A DNA stretch of 44,318 bases from Catajapyx aquilonaris (Eukaryota): the NCBI GenBank assembly GCA_000934665.2, contig KZ538853.1, positions 1 through 44,318 of the forward strand. Direction: 5' to 3'. Made by a program: the position numbers and the translations under genes. Below, one piece after another: positions 1-11,839 of the stretch. The notes beneath the pieces were generated by a model that worked only from the letters and a program-made list of their open reading frames with translations, had not been told where the DNA came from and did no database searches. Position 1 is the first letter of the stretch; each line of letters starts with the position of its first letter.

Positions 1-45
1 CCCCCCACTCACTATGCCCACTGTACTCCTTTTTCGTTCACTCAG

Positions 46-189
46 CCAGGCTCGACCAGGCTACTATGTCATGCAGACATTGTTATGCAACCCCTACAAG
101 GCTGCTATAAGCATTTTACCTTGCGCCGGGAGATCTGCAAGCCACCATCATATTGGATTAAATTCATAACCAAGAATCCAACTGACCAG
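46..189 (+). other. Candidate internal exon of an unidentified neighbouring gene
   Basis: Pyrimidine tract ending CTCAG (AG at 44-45), 144 bp open in phase 0 (PGSTRLLCHADIVMQPLQGCYKHF...KNPTDQ), consensus donor CAG|GTAAGT at 190. No recognisable homology. Confidence 0.2.
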
Positions 190-489
190 GTAAGTCCACA
201 TTGTCCACATTGCAGAGAACCATTACCTGGAAGGGTTCTGTGCAGTAACCAGGTATGTGGACTTAACTTACTGGTTTATAGGCTTTTCGCTTTAAACATA
301 GGGAAAAAAGTCCTAAGTTCCCATATAGCTGGTTATTTGCAGAGAGCCCTTGGCATTTTTATTGAAGGATCGCCTCATGACGGTGAAGAAACCGCCTTTG
401 TTCTCCACGACACATTTAAAAAAGTCAGTCTCTATAAGTCTCTATAGTAAAACATCTGCCAATGTCCAGAGAATATTAGAATGAACATC

Positions 490-775
490 CTTGGGATATC
501 AGTAGCAAACCTCCCACGGATGTAGGTACGCATGTACCATACCCATTGGATGTCCATGGGAACTCCAGATCCGGGACATCAGCTAGTCCCATAGATATCC
601 TATGGATGGAATTTGGACTCTCCTGGATATCCACCAAAGTAGCACATTGATATCCATAGGACATCCCCTAAATGTCAGACAGATCAGACTAGACATCCAG
701 GGGGCATCCGGGTGCATCCAGGTGCATTCGTTGCACTGTACCAGGTGGCTATTAATATCGACATATCGATATCCT
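490..775. repeat. Degenerate array of GGAYATCC-like 8-mers, probably a DNA-transposon subterminal repeat relic
   Basis: Motif variants at 548, 593, 625, 648, 659, 691, 702 and 767; several spacings are close to multiples of 11 bp. Confidence 0.4.
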
Positions 776-1706
776 CAACACGATATTGCAGGGCTTCTTT
801 AGCAAAAATAAAGCTGTGCTGTATACTATAGCCACAGCAGGTTGGAAATTGCCCCATTACTGTTCCTGTTGCGAAAAATGTCGGAAACAGACTGTGACAT
901 CTCAGTGCGCCAATTTTCAGCTCTCTCAATCGACGAGAGACCGTGGTCTGAAGGTAGGTTACGTAGCCCGGACAACCATATAATGTACAAACATACTAAT
1001 CTTTGTCCTTCATAAAATAATACGTTATAGAGATTATGTTTAGAAATGTTTGGATATAGATCACCTTGCAGGAATATGCATTCTCATGGGGACTATCCTT
1101 GTAGCTTAAATATGCCTAATTATTAAAACCCAAAAATGAAACAACTAGCTAGTTATAAATGTATTTGAAATCTTTAATTACAGTAAATATTTTGCACCAT
1201 TTGTGGGATTGTTCTGCCTAAAACACTTTATTGATACCGCCATATATTATTTCCAGAGGTTAGATCACATCTGTGTCAGTGAAAACCTTGCAGATCCTGA
1301 TATCCAATCGCTTCTGTCTTCTCACCTTCACCCTTAACAAGTGAGTTACACACATCGTTGGAAAGCCCACTAATGGAATTTTCAATGGAATGCATGATTG
1401 AACTCAAAACTTGCATTTATGAGGAACAGTGACGAGTGTAAATTAGCTTCCGCAAGATTTTTACCTTATAAAACAGATGGGTATACTGCTGCCCATCAGT
1501 GACAGTAAGCAAATGTACCATTAACTGTTATCGCAAGTGGTACAGCATAATGAAGAACAGTTTACACTGACCAATAGTTTTTACAAACCTGCAATTATTT
1601 ATAGGCCAGTGATCATCGATTCTTATACTGTACATTTTTGCATTGATAACTGAGTTTTTAAAGCTGTATAGACTATGTCATAAGAGAACTTTCTCTTTGA
1701 AATATA

Positions 1707-1983
1707 CAGGGTGTGCCTTACTAGCGAGAATGCTGTGCGCGCCACCAGCGTACTCGTTGGCCCAAACCAAGTCTAAAATGTAAGGATGGGAAATGTCGAG
1801 GGACCAGCCAGTAACAAAGTAGACGACCATAAGTATTTGCCTTCCTCTATGTATAAACACAGGCAGCAACACAGGCGACACTTTGGAGATCGCCTTGTTG
1901 GTCATCCTCTTACATTGTTGACTTGTTTTTGGCCAACGATTACTCTGTCGATTGGATGTTACACTATAGTAAGTCCCATCCTG
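1707..1983. mobile_element. Old Tc1/mariner-type fold-back MITE (CAGGGTG ends)
   Basis: TA|CAGGGTGTGCCTTACTA ... TAGTAAGTCCCATCCTG|TA; internal arms also invert (CGTTGGCCCAAACCAAGTC / GACTTGTTTTTGGCCAACG). Confidence 0.65.
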
Positions 1984-2242
1984 TAGGCCTATTGATTTTG
2001 ATTGTATTCAATTCAAAGTAGCATGAGGATGGCAATACTCATGATAGCATTTAATCAACTACAGTGTGGAAATGTAAGTTTTACGTGTGCTCCGAGGCAC
2101 GTAAGGTGATTCTGTACTGGAGGTACAGGTGCAACGTACAGTAGTCCAAGCTCGCATATTATGAATTTGCTACCGAAAAATACGGTGCACTTAGGAACAT
2201 CCCTTGTGATTGTCTATTTTCAATGACGCTTTGAGATATGGT

Positions 2243-2248
2243 TTTATT
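2243..2248 (-). terminator. Putative FAIM polyadenylation signal AATAAA
   Basis: TTTATT on + strand, about 145 nt downstream of the FAIM stop codon. Confidence 0.4.
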
Positions 2249-2392
2249 CAGTTTGTGCCTTAGCTTGTGAGCAATATGGGCGTTGTGGATGTTGCCACAA
2301 CCTGTTGCAATGTTGCTGGTCAGCTGAACTGAGAGACAGTGGACGTGTTTCTGACTTGAGTCTTGTCAAAGAGAGCGCACGGTACACGAATA

Positions 2393-2542
2393 TTAGTCGA
2401 TGGCTTCAGGCACTTCCGAATCCTCAACTATCAGGCTGTGGATGAGGCCCTCTCTCTTGTTTCCACTACTAATGGCTCTGATGTAGGCAGGATAGTCTCC
2501 GACGAAAAAGTGAGTTTCAGTTCCATCCTCCACAAATTCTCC
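2393..2542 (-). CDS. FAIM: FAIM last coding exon (absent from the ORF track)
   Basis: TTTTGCAG|GGA GAA TTT GTG GAG GAT GGA ACT GAA ACT CAC TTT ... ATC GAC TAA. Confidence 0.95.
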   Translation of the reverse strand, partial: GEFVEDGTETHFFVGDYPAYIRAISSGNKREGLIHSLIVEDSEVPEAID

Positions 2543-5080
2543 CTGCAAAACGTTACACATTAGAGACATACAGTACTAATAATATTTTAAGATGTAGTTC
2601 AACCCAATATTAGGGCAGTCCAGACATGTTATCTTAATCTCATCCTGCAAAACTGACCCAAACAAAATACCTTTGGAAGATAAAGTCCTGTACACTACAC
2701 TGCCGTCCCAAGGAGAAACACCCTAACTGCAAAACTAGTAAGGGTGAAGGTCGCGTGCATGCCATGCACTAATCCCCTCTGACTCAGGAAGGATTAGTGC
2801 AGGACATGCATGCGACTTTCACCCTTAGTACGTAGTAGCCCTACTGCTTATATGACCCTACAGGAACAGACCCGACATGAGTTGTATGCATCTCTTTTAA
2901 ATCTCTATCCAAAAACTGTAAGTACTATCGCTTATTATAAAAAAATTCGAATTCAGCAGAAATTCAAAAAAATAACTTTTAAACATGAAAATACGAGGGC
3001 CGTTCCAAAATGATTTACAATATTTATTTGCCACAACTACAGGACCCATGCAGATCTACCGATAGGCACGCATTATCGAGAGAATCCTTCTGGATCCGAA
3101 TGTACTGGTTCCACGGGTGTGGCAAGCTCTTCAGGCCTTCCAGGAACCACTTTTTGGAGGTGTGGCTCACCTACGCCCGGACAATTCTACCAGTAAACAA
3201 CTGTCAACAATGTCCTCGAAGTGGCGTCGGCGAAGGGATTTTTTCATGGATCCGGGTTTTGGTGCTTCCACACCCGCCGTATTCCCCCTGCCGGGCTCCC
3301 AGCAGTGACTTTCGCCTGTTCGGATCCACGAAGAAGAAAAAACCATTCGCCGACGCCATTTCTAGGACATTGTTGACTGCGAGCAGTTGTCCGGGAGTGG
3401 ATGTGCCTACCCTACAAAAAGTGGTTCCTGGAGGGCCTGGAAAGATTGCCACACCAGTGGAACCAGCGCATTCGGATCCATATAAGGGTTCTCTCAATAA
3501 TAGGTGCCTATCTGCCGACCTGCATGGGCCTGCATGTAGTTGTGGCAAAAAAAATAAATTGTAAATCATTTTGGGACGGCCCTCGTATAATTATGGGATA
3601 TTTGACGATTGTACGTATTACTTATATAGGACCTGGATATGCTTGGCGGAAACTTTTTTGCCTGATAGTACATTGTATTTATTTATTTATTCATTTATTT
3701 TACGACCCTGTGATCAGATCCTTGGCCTTATTACAGGACACACTCCATTTTGCATAATATACTGTATCAAAAACAATAACATTTCAGTAAACATGTATCA
3801 AGGATGCAAATGAATTATTGTAATTAATATATGAAGGTTACAATCGCTAACAATATATTATTTTTTTACAACGCTTTTGTTATTTAATTAGGGGCACATA
3901 GTTTCATCCTTTTACTGTCCATATTAAGTTCATCCAAATTTTTCAGCATCTCAAACAGTAAATGGTCAGGCGGATATCTACAGTAGTAAGGTAGGGCCTA
4001 TATCATTACGAGTGCGGTGACGTGGAATTATAAAGGGGCAATAGTAAATAACCGTCTGAGTTGTGCGCTAGTTACACCAATCGCAATTTCCATTATCCTA
4101 GATTTTGATGCTTAGATTGTGACTGTTTAATTTTCCAATAAGTGGACTTATTACGTAGGCTTATCATCATTCGCAACATCATTATCGGCAACCCACAGTT
4201 GAAATAGGATTCGTCGGTTGCATCAGGTTCAATGATTTTACTGTATATTTTTGGAAACATTCCATTTCTGTTTTTCAGACACTTCTATACAGGTAGCTTA
4301 GCTAACCCAGTTTGGGCATTTGTCATTAAATTGTCCCAATTTCCACCATTCGATAAGATTAAATGTTAGTACCGTATCGGTACTTTGCATTTGTGACACT
4401 GTAACTCGACCTGAATCACAGGGCCTTATCACCTCCCAAAATATCTGGTTTGGATAGGAAAATGGAATTAAGATCACACAACATGTTACGGAATGCCTCG
4501 CATTTGGGCCGAACAAATGACCTATGCCGGTTTGTAAACTTGCCGTTGTGTCTAGTCTATCCCCGTTCACCCACACGTCCAAAGTGTCCTTTTCTGAAAA
4601 AAGACAAAAGAAAACAGAATAGTGCCAAGTCAGTCTTAACATACAACATGTTCTGCATGGTAGAGTTACCTAATACGACCCGGTACAGGTTATCGTCCAG
4701 GGTAAGTAGCCACGTCTTCATCACTTTGCTCTGGTTTTCAGTAAACTTTTTGTAACTCTTTCCATTCACCTCTAAGGAGTACTCGTAAGAGAAGCTAGCT
4801 GCAGGCTCTATTCGAATGATACACTTGGCCTTCCCAACCTCGAAGGCTTCGGAACCCACCAGTTTGAACATCCATTCCTTGCGCAAGATTTCCTGTGGAG
4901 GGATATATCCCTGTGACATCTTCCGTTTGATAACGGGCTCGATACTGCCCACAGACTTACTACTCCGTCCACTTGTATGACTCTCTTTCCGGAGGTGGTT
5001 CCGTGCTCGAACTCGATTCGGTGAATGCCATCGCTCATGGGCACATCCCAAACGGCTACTAGATCCCCTGGAAAGGGCAT
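2393..5080 (-). CDS. FAIM: Fas apoptotic inhibitory molecule, 180 aa, join of exons 5080-4961, 4892-4670, 4593-4544, 2542-2393
   Basis: Spliced translation MPFPGDLVAVWDVPMSDGIHRIEFEHGTTSGKRVIQVDGV/EILRKEWMFKLVGSEAFEVGKAKCIIRIEPAASFSYEYSLEVNGKSYKKFTENQSKVMKTWLLTLDDNLYRVVL/EKDTLDVWVNGDRLDTT/GEFVEDGTETHFFVGDYPAYIRAISSGNKREGLIHSLIVEDSEVPEAID* carries the FAIM motifs DLVAVW, IEFEHGTTSGKRV, RKEWMFKLVG, LEKD and GEFVxDGTETHF. All splice phases are consistent (543 bp). Confidence 0.97.
2742..2824. mobile_element. Small hairpin MITE, possibly PIF/Harbinger-like, in FAIM intron 3
   Basis: TAA|GGGTGAAGGTCGCGTGCATG..CACTAATCC ... GGATTAGTG..CATGCATGCGACTTTCACCC|TTA. Confidence 0.6.
2994..3585 (+). mobile_element. 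Mariner-derived fold-back element made of two inverted copies of the element 3' end, in FAIM intron 3
   Basis: TA|CGAGGGCCGTTCCAAAATGATTTACAA ... TTGTAAATCATTTTGGGACGGCCCTCG|TA with ~260-bp arms. Centre and right arm encode VLPHPPYSPCRAPSSDFRLFG (mariner YSPDLAPxD motif), then frameshifted VVREW..KKWFLEGLERLPHQWN. Confidence 0.9.
4544..4593 (-). CDS. FAIM: FAIM coding exon 3 (GC donor)
   Basis: TTTTCAG|AA AAG GAC ACT TTG GAC GTG TGG GTG AAC GGG ... ACA ACG|GCAAGT. Confidence 0.92.
4670..4892 (-). CDS. FAIM: FAIM coding exon 2
   Basis: CCACAG|GAA ATC TTG CGC AAG GAA TGG ATG ... GTC GTA TTA G|GTAACT. Confidence 0.95.
4961..5080 (-). CDS. FAIM: FAIM coding exon 1
   Basis: ATG CCC TTT CCA GGG GAT CTA GTA GCC GTT TGG ... 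GAC GGA GTA|GTAAGT. The upstream acceptor TTCTTTCCTATTTTCAG suggests the exon starts at 5115. Confidence 0.93.
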
Positions 5081-5390
5081 GATGCTTGCCTGCCAACCTG
5101 GCTGGTCACGCTTTACTGAAAATAGGAAAGAATAATATTGTCATTAATATTTTGTGCCGAAGATTCATGTGGAATATGGGGCATCCATACCGTATATCTT
5201 TCACACCTTCATCTTTACTTCATAGGCAACGTCGCCTTATATAGATGCAGCCATTGAGCTGAAATCATGTTTTCAGAAATATTTTATTTCCATATTTCGA
5301 GCACACGTGTCCTTTTAATCAGATGCGCTAATACTTTTCTCCTAGCACTATGCGAAGCCAAGGACAAGGATCTCATTGTGTAGGGACTAA

Positions 5391-5658
5391 TATTTATTTA
5401 TTTATTTATTTATTTTTCCCCGTTGGGAGAATCGGCGCTCCATTAGGGGGGTGGAATACCACCATTGGATGGGGCCAAGGATAGGGAAGGAAGGAAGCGG
5501 CTGTGGCCTATTGTACGGAAGCGACCCCGGAATTATCCTGGGGGCACCGTGGAAAACCACAGAAAGCCACGGTCAGGGTTTCCGGCCACGGTATTCGAAC
5601 CCAGGACCTCCCGATTAGCAGTCGGACTCCTTATAACCACCACACCAACCTGCTTCGG
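5391..5658 (-). mobile_element. tRNA-derived SINE, type A (full length)
   Basis: Head CCGAAGCAGGTTGGTGTGGTGGTTATAAGG..GACTGCTAATC..GGTTCGAATACC (A/B boxes, anticodon-like arm), 3' stem-loop GGTGG-TATT-CCACC, (AAAT)n tail. Paralogs at 11272 and 14140. Confidence 0.88.
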
Positions 5659-6434
5659 GTTTCAGGGACTATCAATGAGATGAAATTATTTGCTAGGTGA
5701 GCCCGGTGCTTGAAATCAGTTGAACTTGAATGGGCTTGTCATACTCGGGAGGGCATGCATATTTCGTCATTATATATTGTGAGTGACGAGAGGAGAAACA
5801 TCACGCCGTTTCATAACCCCATTTGAGTGATGGATGTGGAAGGGGTAAGTGGGCGTTATAAATTATGGTCATTCATAAAATACTGTAGGCTGGCTACACA
5901 TTCATGCCTAGATTGGAGATAATAATGTACCCCTATTGTTGGCCGATTTGTAATATCATTTTGTCTTTGTGCTAAGGCAAACACTACAATAATTTCATGA
6001 ATTGGATAATGCGAAAGCTCAGCGAATACACCCCTATATGTCAGCAGTTTTTGACTAATGTCTTTTTTCATAAACTAGGTCGCTACTGCATAACAATGCC
6101 ATTTTTTTTACTAAGCAAGATTAGCCACATAATATTTCATCTGCATCAGATGTAAAGTAACCTACAGTAATAAAAGTACCGTCAAACTGTAATAGTAATC
6201 AGGCTCATTATTATTATCCAACAAAATTAGCTTATTTTGCTGTTAGTGTTTATAAGGACAGTACCGACCAGACCCTATTGATCAACACAATCCAAATTGA
6301 ATCAGCCTACAATGTCATTCACCAAAAAGTCTCGCCATAGTCCCACGTTTTCGTTGCAGAATATTCTAGGAGCTCCCCATGCGTTACCTGCACCTTCTCA
6401 CGCCTTTTTAGCTGGAAGGTATTGCTGAACTTAC

Positions 6435-6540
6435 CTGAATAGGAAGAAGGCCAGGGCTATGGCTCGACCTTCCCTAGTAACACTACTAACTGCCAGGCAC
6501 TGCCTACCCCACGGCCTACCCCATGTAATCCCAGTTCAAG
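6435..6540 (-). other. Putative 5' non-coding exon of FAIM (5' limit uncertain)
   Basis: Perfect donor CAG|GTAAGT at 6434 on the minus strand, which could pair with the strong acceptor at 5116 upstream of the ATG. Confidence 0.4.
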
Positions 6541-9500
6541 CACAAAATGTTTAAGGATCAATATGGCCAAGGACGTGCAGAGTAAAAGAGCTATTGGGGG
6601 GGGNNNNNGGGGGGGCTGGAGAAGGCGGGGTAACACATGCGATACGTTGCGTGTGATGTCTCTTCTGTGTTTCGTATGGTGCGCACGTCGAAGCGAGAAG
6701 CACGTGGATGTAATGACGTGTATCTGTGAAAGAGTTTTTGCTCATTTTGTATAGGTCGAAACTTGGCTGCTTGGTGTTGAGCTGGATTGAGGGTATAATG
6801 AAATAATTAATATGCACTGTCCTTCGCCACCAAGTTTCTAACCCGTCAGCTGCAGTGCCAGGAATATTGGAGGTGTCAGAGACTTGCCGAAATAATAGTG
6901 CATAAATAGGGTGTAAAGTGCGGCTCTTAGGGATGGATAATGGAACTTGTTAGTTTCATGTCGTTCTTTGTGTTGACTATACGTGTAATAAAATAGGTCG
7001 TGCGTTGCGTGTGGTGTATGTATACGCACCGGTATGTACAGAATGGCGTAAGAGAACGGGTATTAAAGTTGTAATTAATGGTACACTTTGCAATTAATCA
7101 ACCAGGAAGGATAAGTGCCCATAATGAAATTTCATAATTTATCATCATGCCATCATGTCGTTACTACTATTAAGCTTGTAAAACTGTGCGGAAGGGCTTG
7201 TTAGTTCGCTGCATCACGAGTTTGAGGCATAAGGGTACATACAATATCATCAAAAGTAAGCGACATTCTCTCACAATATTATTAAATATATGATTTTCAT
7301 ATTCGAAACCTGTCGCTTTGGAACCGGATCTGGTCTCTCTCATAAAGGCCTTTTCATTGCATGGGAACAGAACATTACGATTTTCAAGGGTAACTGCTAT
7401 TACCATGATGCTATTTTAAAATATGGTAATATTTAAGAATGAAATGTAACCAACGTGGTATTCAGTCACCCAGTGAAATCAGAAGTGGCCTAGTCATTGG
7501 TGACTGACATGCAGAGTCACGTTTTGCACCAGAACATATAATGATCGGATCTTTCCAATTTCATATGCCTGATAATTCTTTTCATTTTGCCCATATTTCA
7601 CAATGTTAATTACGGTTATATAGGTTGCGGTGTGTTTTGTTTAACTTTGCGCTATTATTTTTTTGTAGTGGCAGCCAGCTGTTAATAATATAAGCGGAAC
7701 GCGATTTATAGTGCCATTAGCGTATTTTGGCTGTAAAGATGTATGACTACAGAGCAATTTTATTCGCAAAGCGGCTGCCACTCTTGTTTTAATTAATCCC
7801 GGAGCGGTGGATAGTAGGAGGAAGTTAAGGTTATGCATTATGGATATTGTAGGTTTATAGTTTTGAGTTCTGAATTTTTGGTGGGACAGTGAGGTGTCCG
7901 CGAAATCAATATGACCCGGAAACCACATTTTCAAAATGGTCTAGTTGTACTATTGAGTGTACTTACTGGGATGCACAGCGTTGAAATTTACAATCCTATT
8001 TTCTAATAAGTACGGTATTTAATATCCCAAGTTGAAGAGGAAAATCAGTCAAGTATAAGGTAGTTCTCGAGGTATACGCACTCCACCTCAACTCCAGTGG
8101 AACCCCTTCAGTATAGGCTACTGTAGCACTTATACAGTACTTCAAGCTGTAACCCAGAATTCCTAATCATAACAAAATACGGTAATGACACCTATATAGC
8201 TTACTAAAAACCCAGTCCCTCCGATTTTGAACAATAATTATTAGTGGAGAAACACTACCGCCAGCTTGTGCCAACCAAGCCCCTGAATATGATCAGTGCA
8301 AGGTGTTCCTCTACTCTAGTTGACGATCCACTGAGAAAGGTGGGGAAGAGTTGATGGATGAGTCACTCCTGGGCCGGATTCTAACTCCAATCCAGACTCG
8401 GCACTAAGTTTGGGTATAGGTATATATACCTGGACCAAATAAGGTCAGGGTCCTGAGGGAGGCCTATTATTCTTTGTTTCTTTCCAACTATCAACTTTGG
8501 GCAATATATGGCTACCATCAGTAATTGACCCTCATTGTGAAGTGTTTTTGATCCTGCTAAGTAACTAACACTGCTGGAAAAATTTCGGAAGTTGACAGTT
8601 TGGAACAGACTGCTATAAGTTGAGTTAAGTTGAGGAGCAACTAGACTAAGCCAGTTTCTAAATGCCTATTGATGTATTTCTTGGGTTCAATTAACTATAG
8701 TAAATTGTGACGTCAGCTAGTGATATGACATGGAGATCATGAAAATTCGTACAGCAGGTAAATCGTAGCTACAAAAACGAATAATCAGATACAAATTAGG
8801 ACTACTGACGCTGTCATGAATTAGCGACGAATTATTACTGATTATTGGGAACAAGAATCAAAAATAGCAAGGATAAATCCTCCATCCATGCTATACCCCC
8901 CAGTGCTGCAACTGAGCCTAAAAGTGTGCTAATCATAATGAATTTTATGCGGATATTGTAATGATGGAATACAGAATGAACCAGTAAATTATGCAAATTT
9001 ACTCTGGTTAATTATGCTTGCATTACAGTCTCAGGTTAGTCCATCCAGTCCACAATTGTTTGAAACTAGAGTAAATATATGCAGTTTTATGTTTTTAGTT
9101 ATTTTCTCACCACGTTGAAGAAAAAACGCGATAATACCCTATACTGTTCTGTTTTGTAGGTCGTCCTAGCTTATAAGGATCTTAAGAAGAATTTTAACCT
9201 GTGGGGAAAGGGTTGTTTAGGGACTGTTTATCGGGGAAAAAATGGCCTATACCTGTACGCCGATTTCCACCACATAACTCCGTATCACGGAGACTTTGGA
9301 CCTCGTGCGCCTGCAAAATCCGAGGCTGTGGGCCTATCCACCTCGGAATACCTCCCTGATGCCCCTGCAAGGCAAGAAATTGCTGTATAAACAGAGATTC
9401 TGGTAGGAAGCGGCACACACTATCACTACTACACTGACGGAAGAACTGGCTATCACAAGCGACACAGGCCCGCACAAATCCTGCAAAATAGTAGTGACAC

Positions 9501-9637
9501 CCCCATTTCGTTTTCCTAGTTAGCCTTGTTTAAAGGTTTGTGAATGGAAGGTTGGTTAGAACCTTTTAAAACATGTCTATAGTGTTACATCAGTTGGACT
9601 ATCTGAATTCCGCCATTACGTTTTTATCGGCTATATA

Positions 9638-9870
9638 CCGTCAATATGTTAGGGTAAGATTGTGCCTGGTGGGGTGAGATTGTGCCAGCGCCATTTTTAA
9701 ACAACAGTGCGCCCTACAGCGAATTTTATTCGTCATTGCCAACCTTGACCATCCCTCAATGTAGTAAAACATGACTAATTCGCTTGCTTCCAGTAAGGAG
9801 AACTGTTGTCCGAAAAAATGCGCTAGCACAATCTCACCCCACATGGCACAATCTCACTCCAATTGACGGG
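9638..9870. mobile_element. pogo/Tc1-type MITE with doubled subterminal motif
   Basis: TA|CCGTCAAT..GGGTAAGATTGTGCC..GGGGTGAGATTGTGCC ... GCACAATCTCACCCC..GGCACAATCTCACTCCAATTGACGGG|TA. Relative at 36474. Confidence 0.8.
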
Positions 9871-11271
9871 TATGTTCTAAATAAACCAATTTCCTTTAAA
9901 AGTAACTCTAGTGTTGGTAACTTTGGGATAACACTTTTGGAGCAATAGCCATTTCAACACAGGAAGTACCAGGAGTACCCAGTTATGTGATAGCGACTCA
10001 CAAGTTTTGGGGCCAGTTCTCCCCGTTCAATACATACGTCGATATCCCTCAAACTGGTCATGCTGAAGGATTCAATCTCCTTTTTATCATATCTTGAGCG
10101 CCGCTTGCCTTTCCACGTACGCCATCTAAGCTGCATAATGCATGGATTACTGCACCACAAGTATGGTGCAACTTCTTATCACATACTCCCTATATAATAT
10201 AGTGACAACAAAGAATAAAACTGGCTTCATTGTTTACTTATGAGTCAGCCTATTATCGATTGTGTACGTGACTCTCTCCAGAATGGAATATCTTATACTT
10301 TCCGTGCGACGTGATCATAATATACCTAATGGGATCTATATGGTGGTGTCGCTTTGGACAAGGGGTTTCCCATGTGGAGGGGGGACAAAAATCGATGTCG
10401 ACTAGTTGGTTGTGTTTTTTGAGGCTACTTTGTTTGTAAACTGACGGGATGCCGGGAAAGAGCAGCACATGTCTGTGTCCGTAATAAAAAGCGACATTGT
10501 AGATTTGGCACTCATCAGTCGCCACTTGTCACTGCAGGAATGGCCATGATCAACTTATCGCATTATGTGTTGGGCCTGACGTCACTCTATATGGACACTG
10601 ACTTCTAGACACTGATGGCAGCACTGTGGAGTTCTCTAGATTATGCCACAGCAGCTTAAGCTCTGTGCCATTCACTTTGCTCGATGGCCTTTCGCTCGCC
10701 GAGGGCCCTAACAGGAAGTTTTTGCAATAATATTATGGTAAAATGTTGCGTAAGGCTTTGGTTTTTGCGGAGGCTCCGACGGATACAGGCTTGAAAAATA
10801 TAGGAGCAGGAAGAGAAACTGGAAGTAGGCCTAACTTGCTCAAGGCGATATTTATTACCCCCGAGATCCTTGCTCTATATAGAAGCTATTCATTTAGGAT
10901 AGTAACTTCTTGTTCTTTGTGACATCCGGGAGTTTCAAGAAAATGAAGAGATGACATAAATATTGCTTGAACTAGCAAAAATTATCATAAATTTTAGCCT
11001 ACACGGTATAGTATATTATAGTAAATTATAACAAATGCGTGGTGTATATATTCTACCCCGGTGGAAGAAATGTGGTTGGAAGATGCAGGAGGATGAATCC
11101 AAAAGTACAAACTGATTATCCAAATGTGTACGTGTCATCTTCCCATCATTCTTCCCATTTTATAATAAAATTAATAATTCATACCCCGTTATCAACCATC
11201 GGCTCTTTAGGGGGGAAGTTTTTCTTTTGCCTGGAACTCTTTGCTTTCATTTTACTGCGCTTTTTGGGATA

Positions 11272-11451
11272 GGATAGGGACGGAAGGAAGCGGCTGTGGC
11301 CTATTAATTACGGAAGCAACTCCGGAATTCTCCTGGAGGGAACAGGGGAAACCACAGAAAACCACAGTCAGAGTTGCCGGCCCCGGGATTTGATCCCAGG
11401 ACCTCCCGATTAGCAGTCGGACACCATATCCCCTACTCCAAACTGCTTCGG
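11272..11451 (-). mobile_element. tRNA-derived SINE, type A (lacks the shared 3' tail)
   Basis: Colinear with 5479-5658 (GGAAGGAAGCGGCTGTGGCCTATT ... ACCTCCCGATTAGCAGTCGGAC). Confidence 0.85.
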
Positions 11452-11512
11452 TTCCCATTTTATACACAACCAGATGACCAAATTAAATTTTTTGTGTACT
11501 TTTACACTTTTT

Positions 11513-11839
11513 TTACGTTACCCCGTGATAGGGCCAGAGGGAGGGTGGAATACCACCATTTTCCCCTCAATTTTCTGATTTTCTTCTAACTCCGGTGTAA
11601 GTATGAAAGGACATGGGTAATGATGGGGATTTTTTGGGGGGAGGGAACATGGGTGCAAGTGCAATGTCTGCTATGGTGTCATGTGCTGTTCCCCAGGAGG
11701 TTAGGTTGCCAGACACCTCCAAGGTGCAGGTCAGACACCCTCCTGACGCAGGTGAAAGGGAACTCCCAGGCGGGGATCGAACCTGGGACCTTTCACTCAG
11801 CAAGCCGAGACGTTACCATCTCGGCCACCACACCTCCCC
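11513..11839 (-). mobile_element. tRNA-derived SINE, type B
   Basis: A box TGGCCGAGATGG, B box GGTTCGATCCC, 3' GGTGG-TATT-CCACC stem-loop, A tail, TSD TACACTTTTT (11503 and 11840). Confidence 0.85.

Noticed and set aside
3010..3564. 184-aa ORF, the longest in the window, as a gene
   Set aside because: It runs through a palindrome; only a short central part is decayed mariner coding sequence and the first half is its antisense.
4557..5096. 179-aa ORF as an intronless FAIM
   Set aside because: Only the middle (4892-4670) is in the FAIM frame; the flanks are intron or out-of-frame exon.
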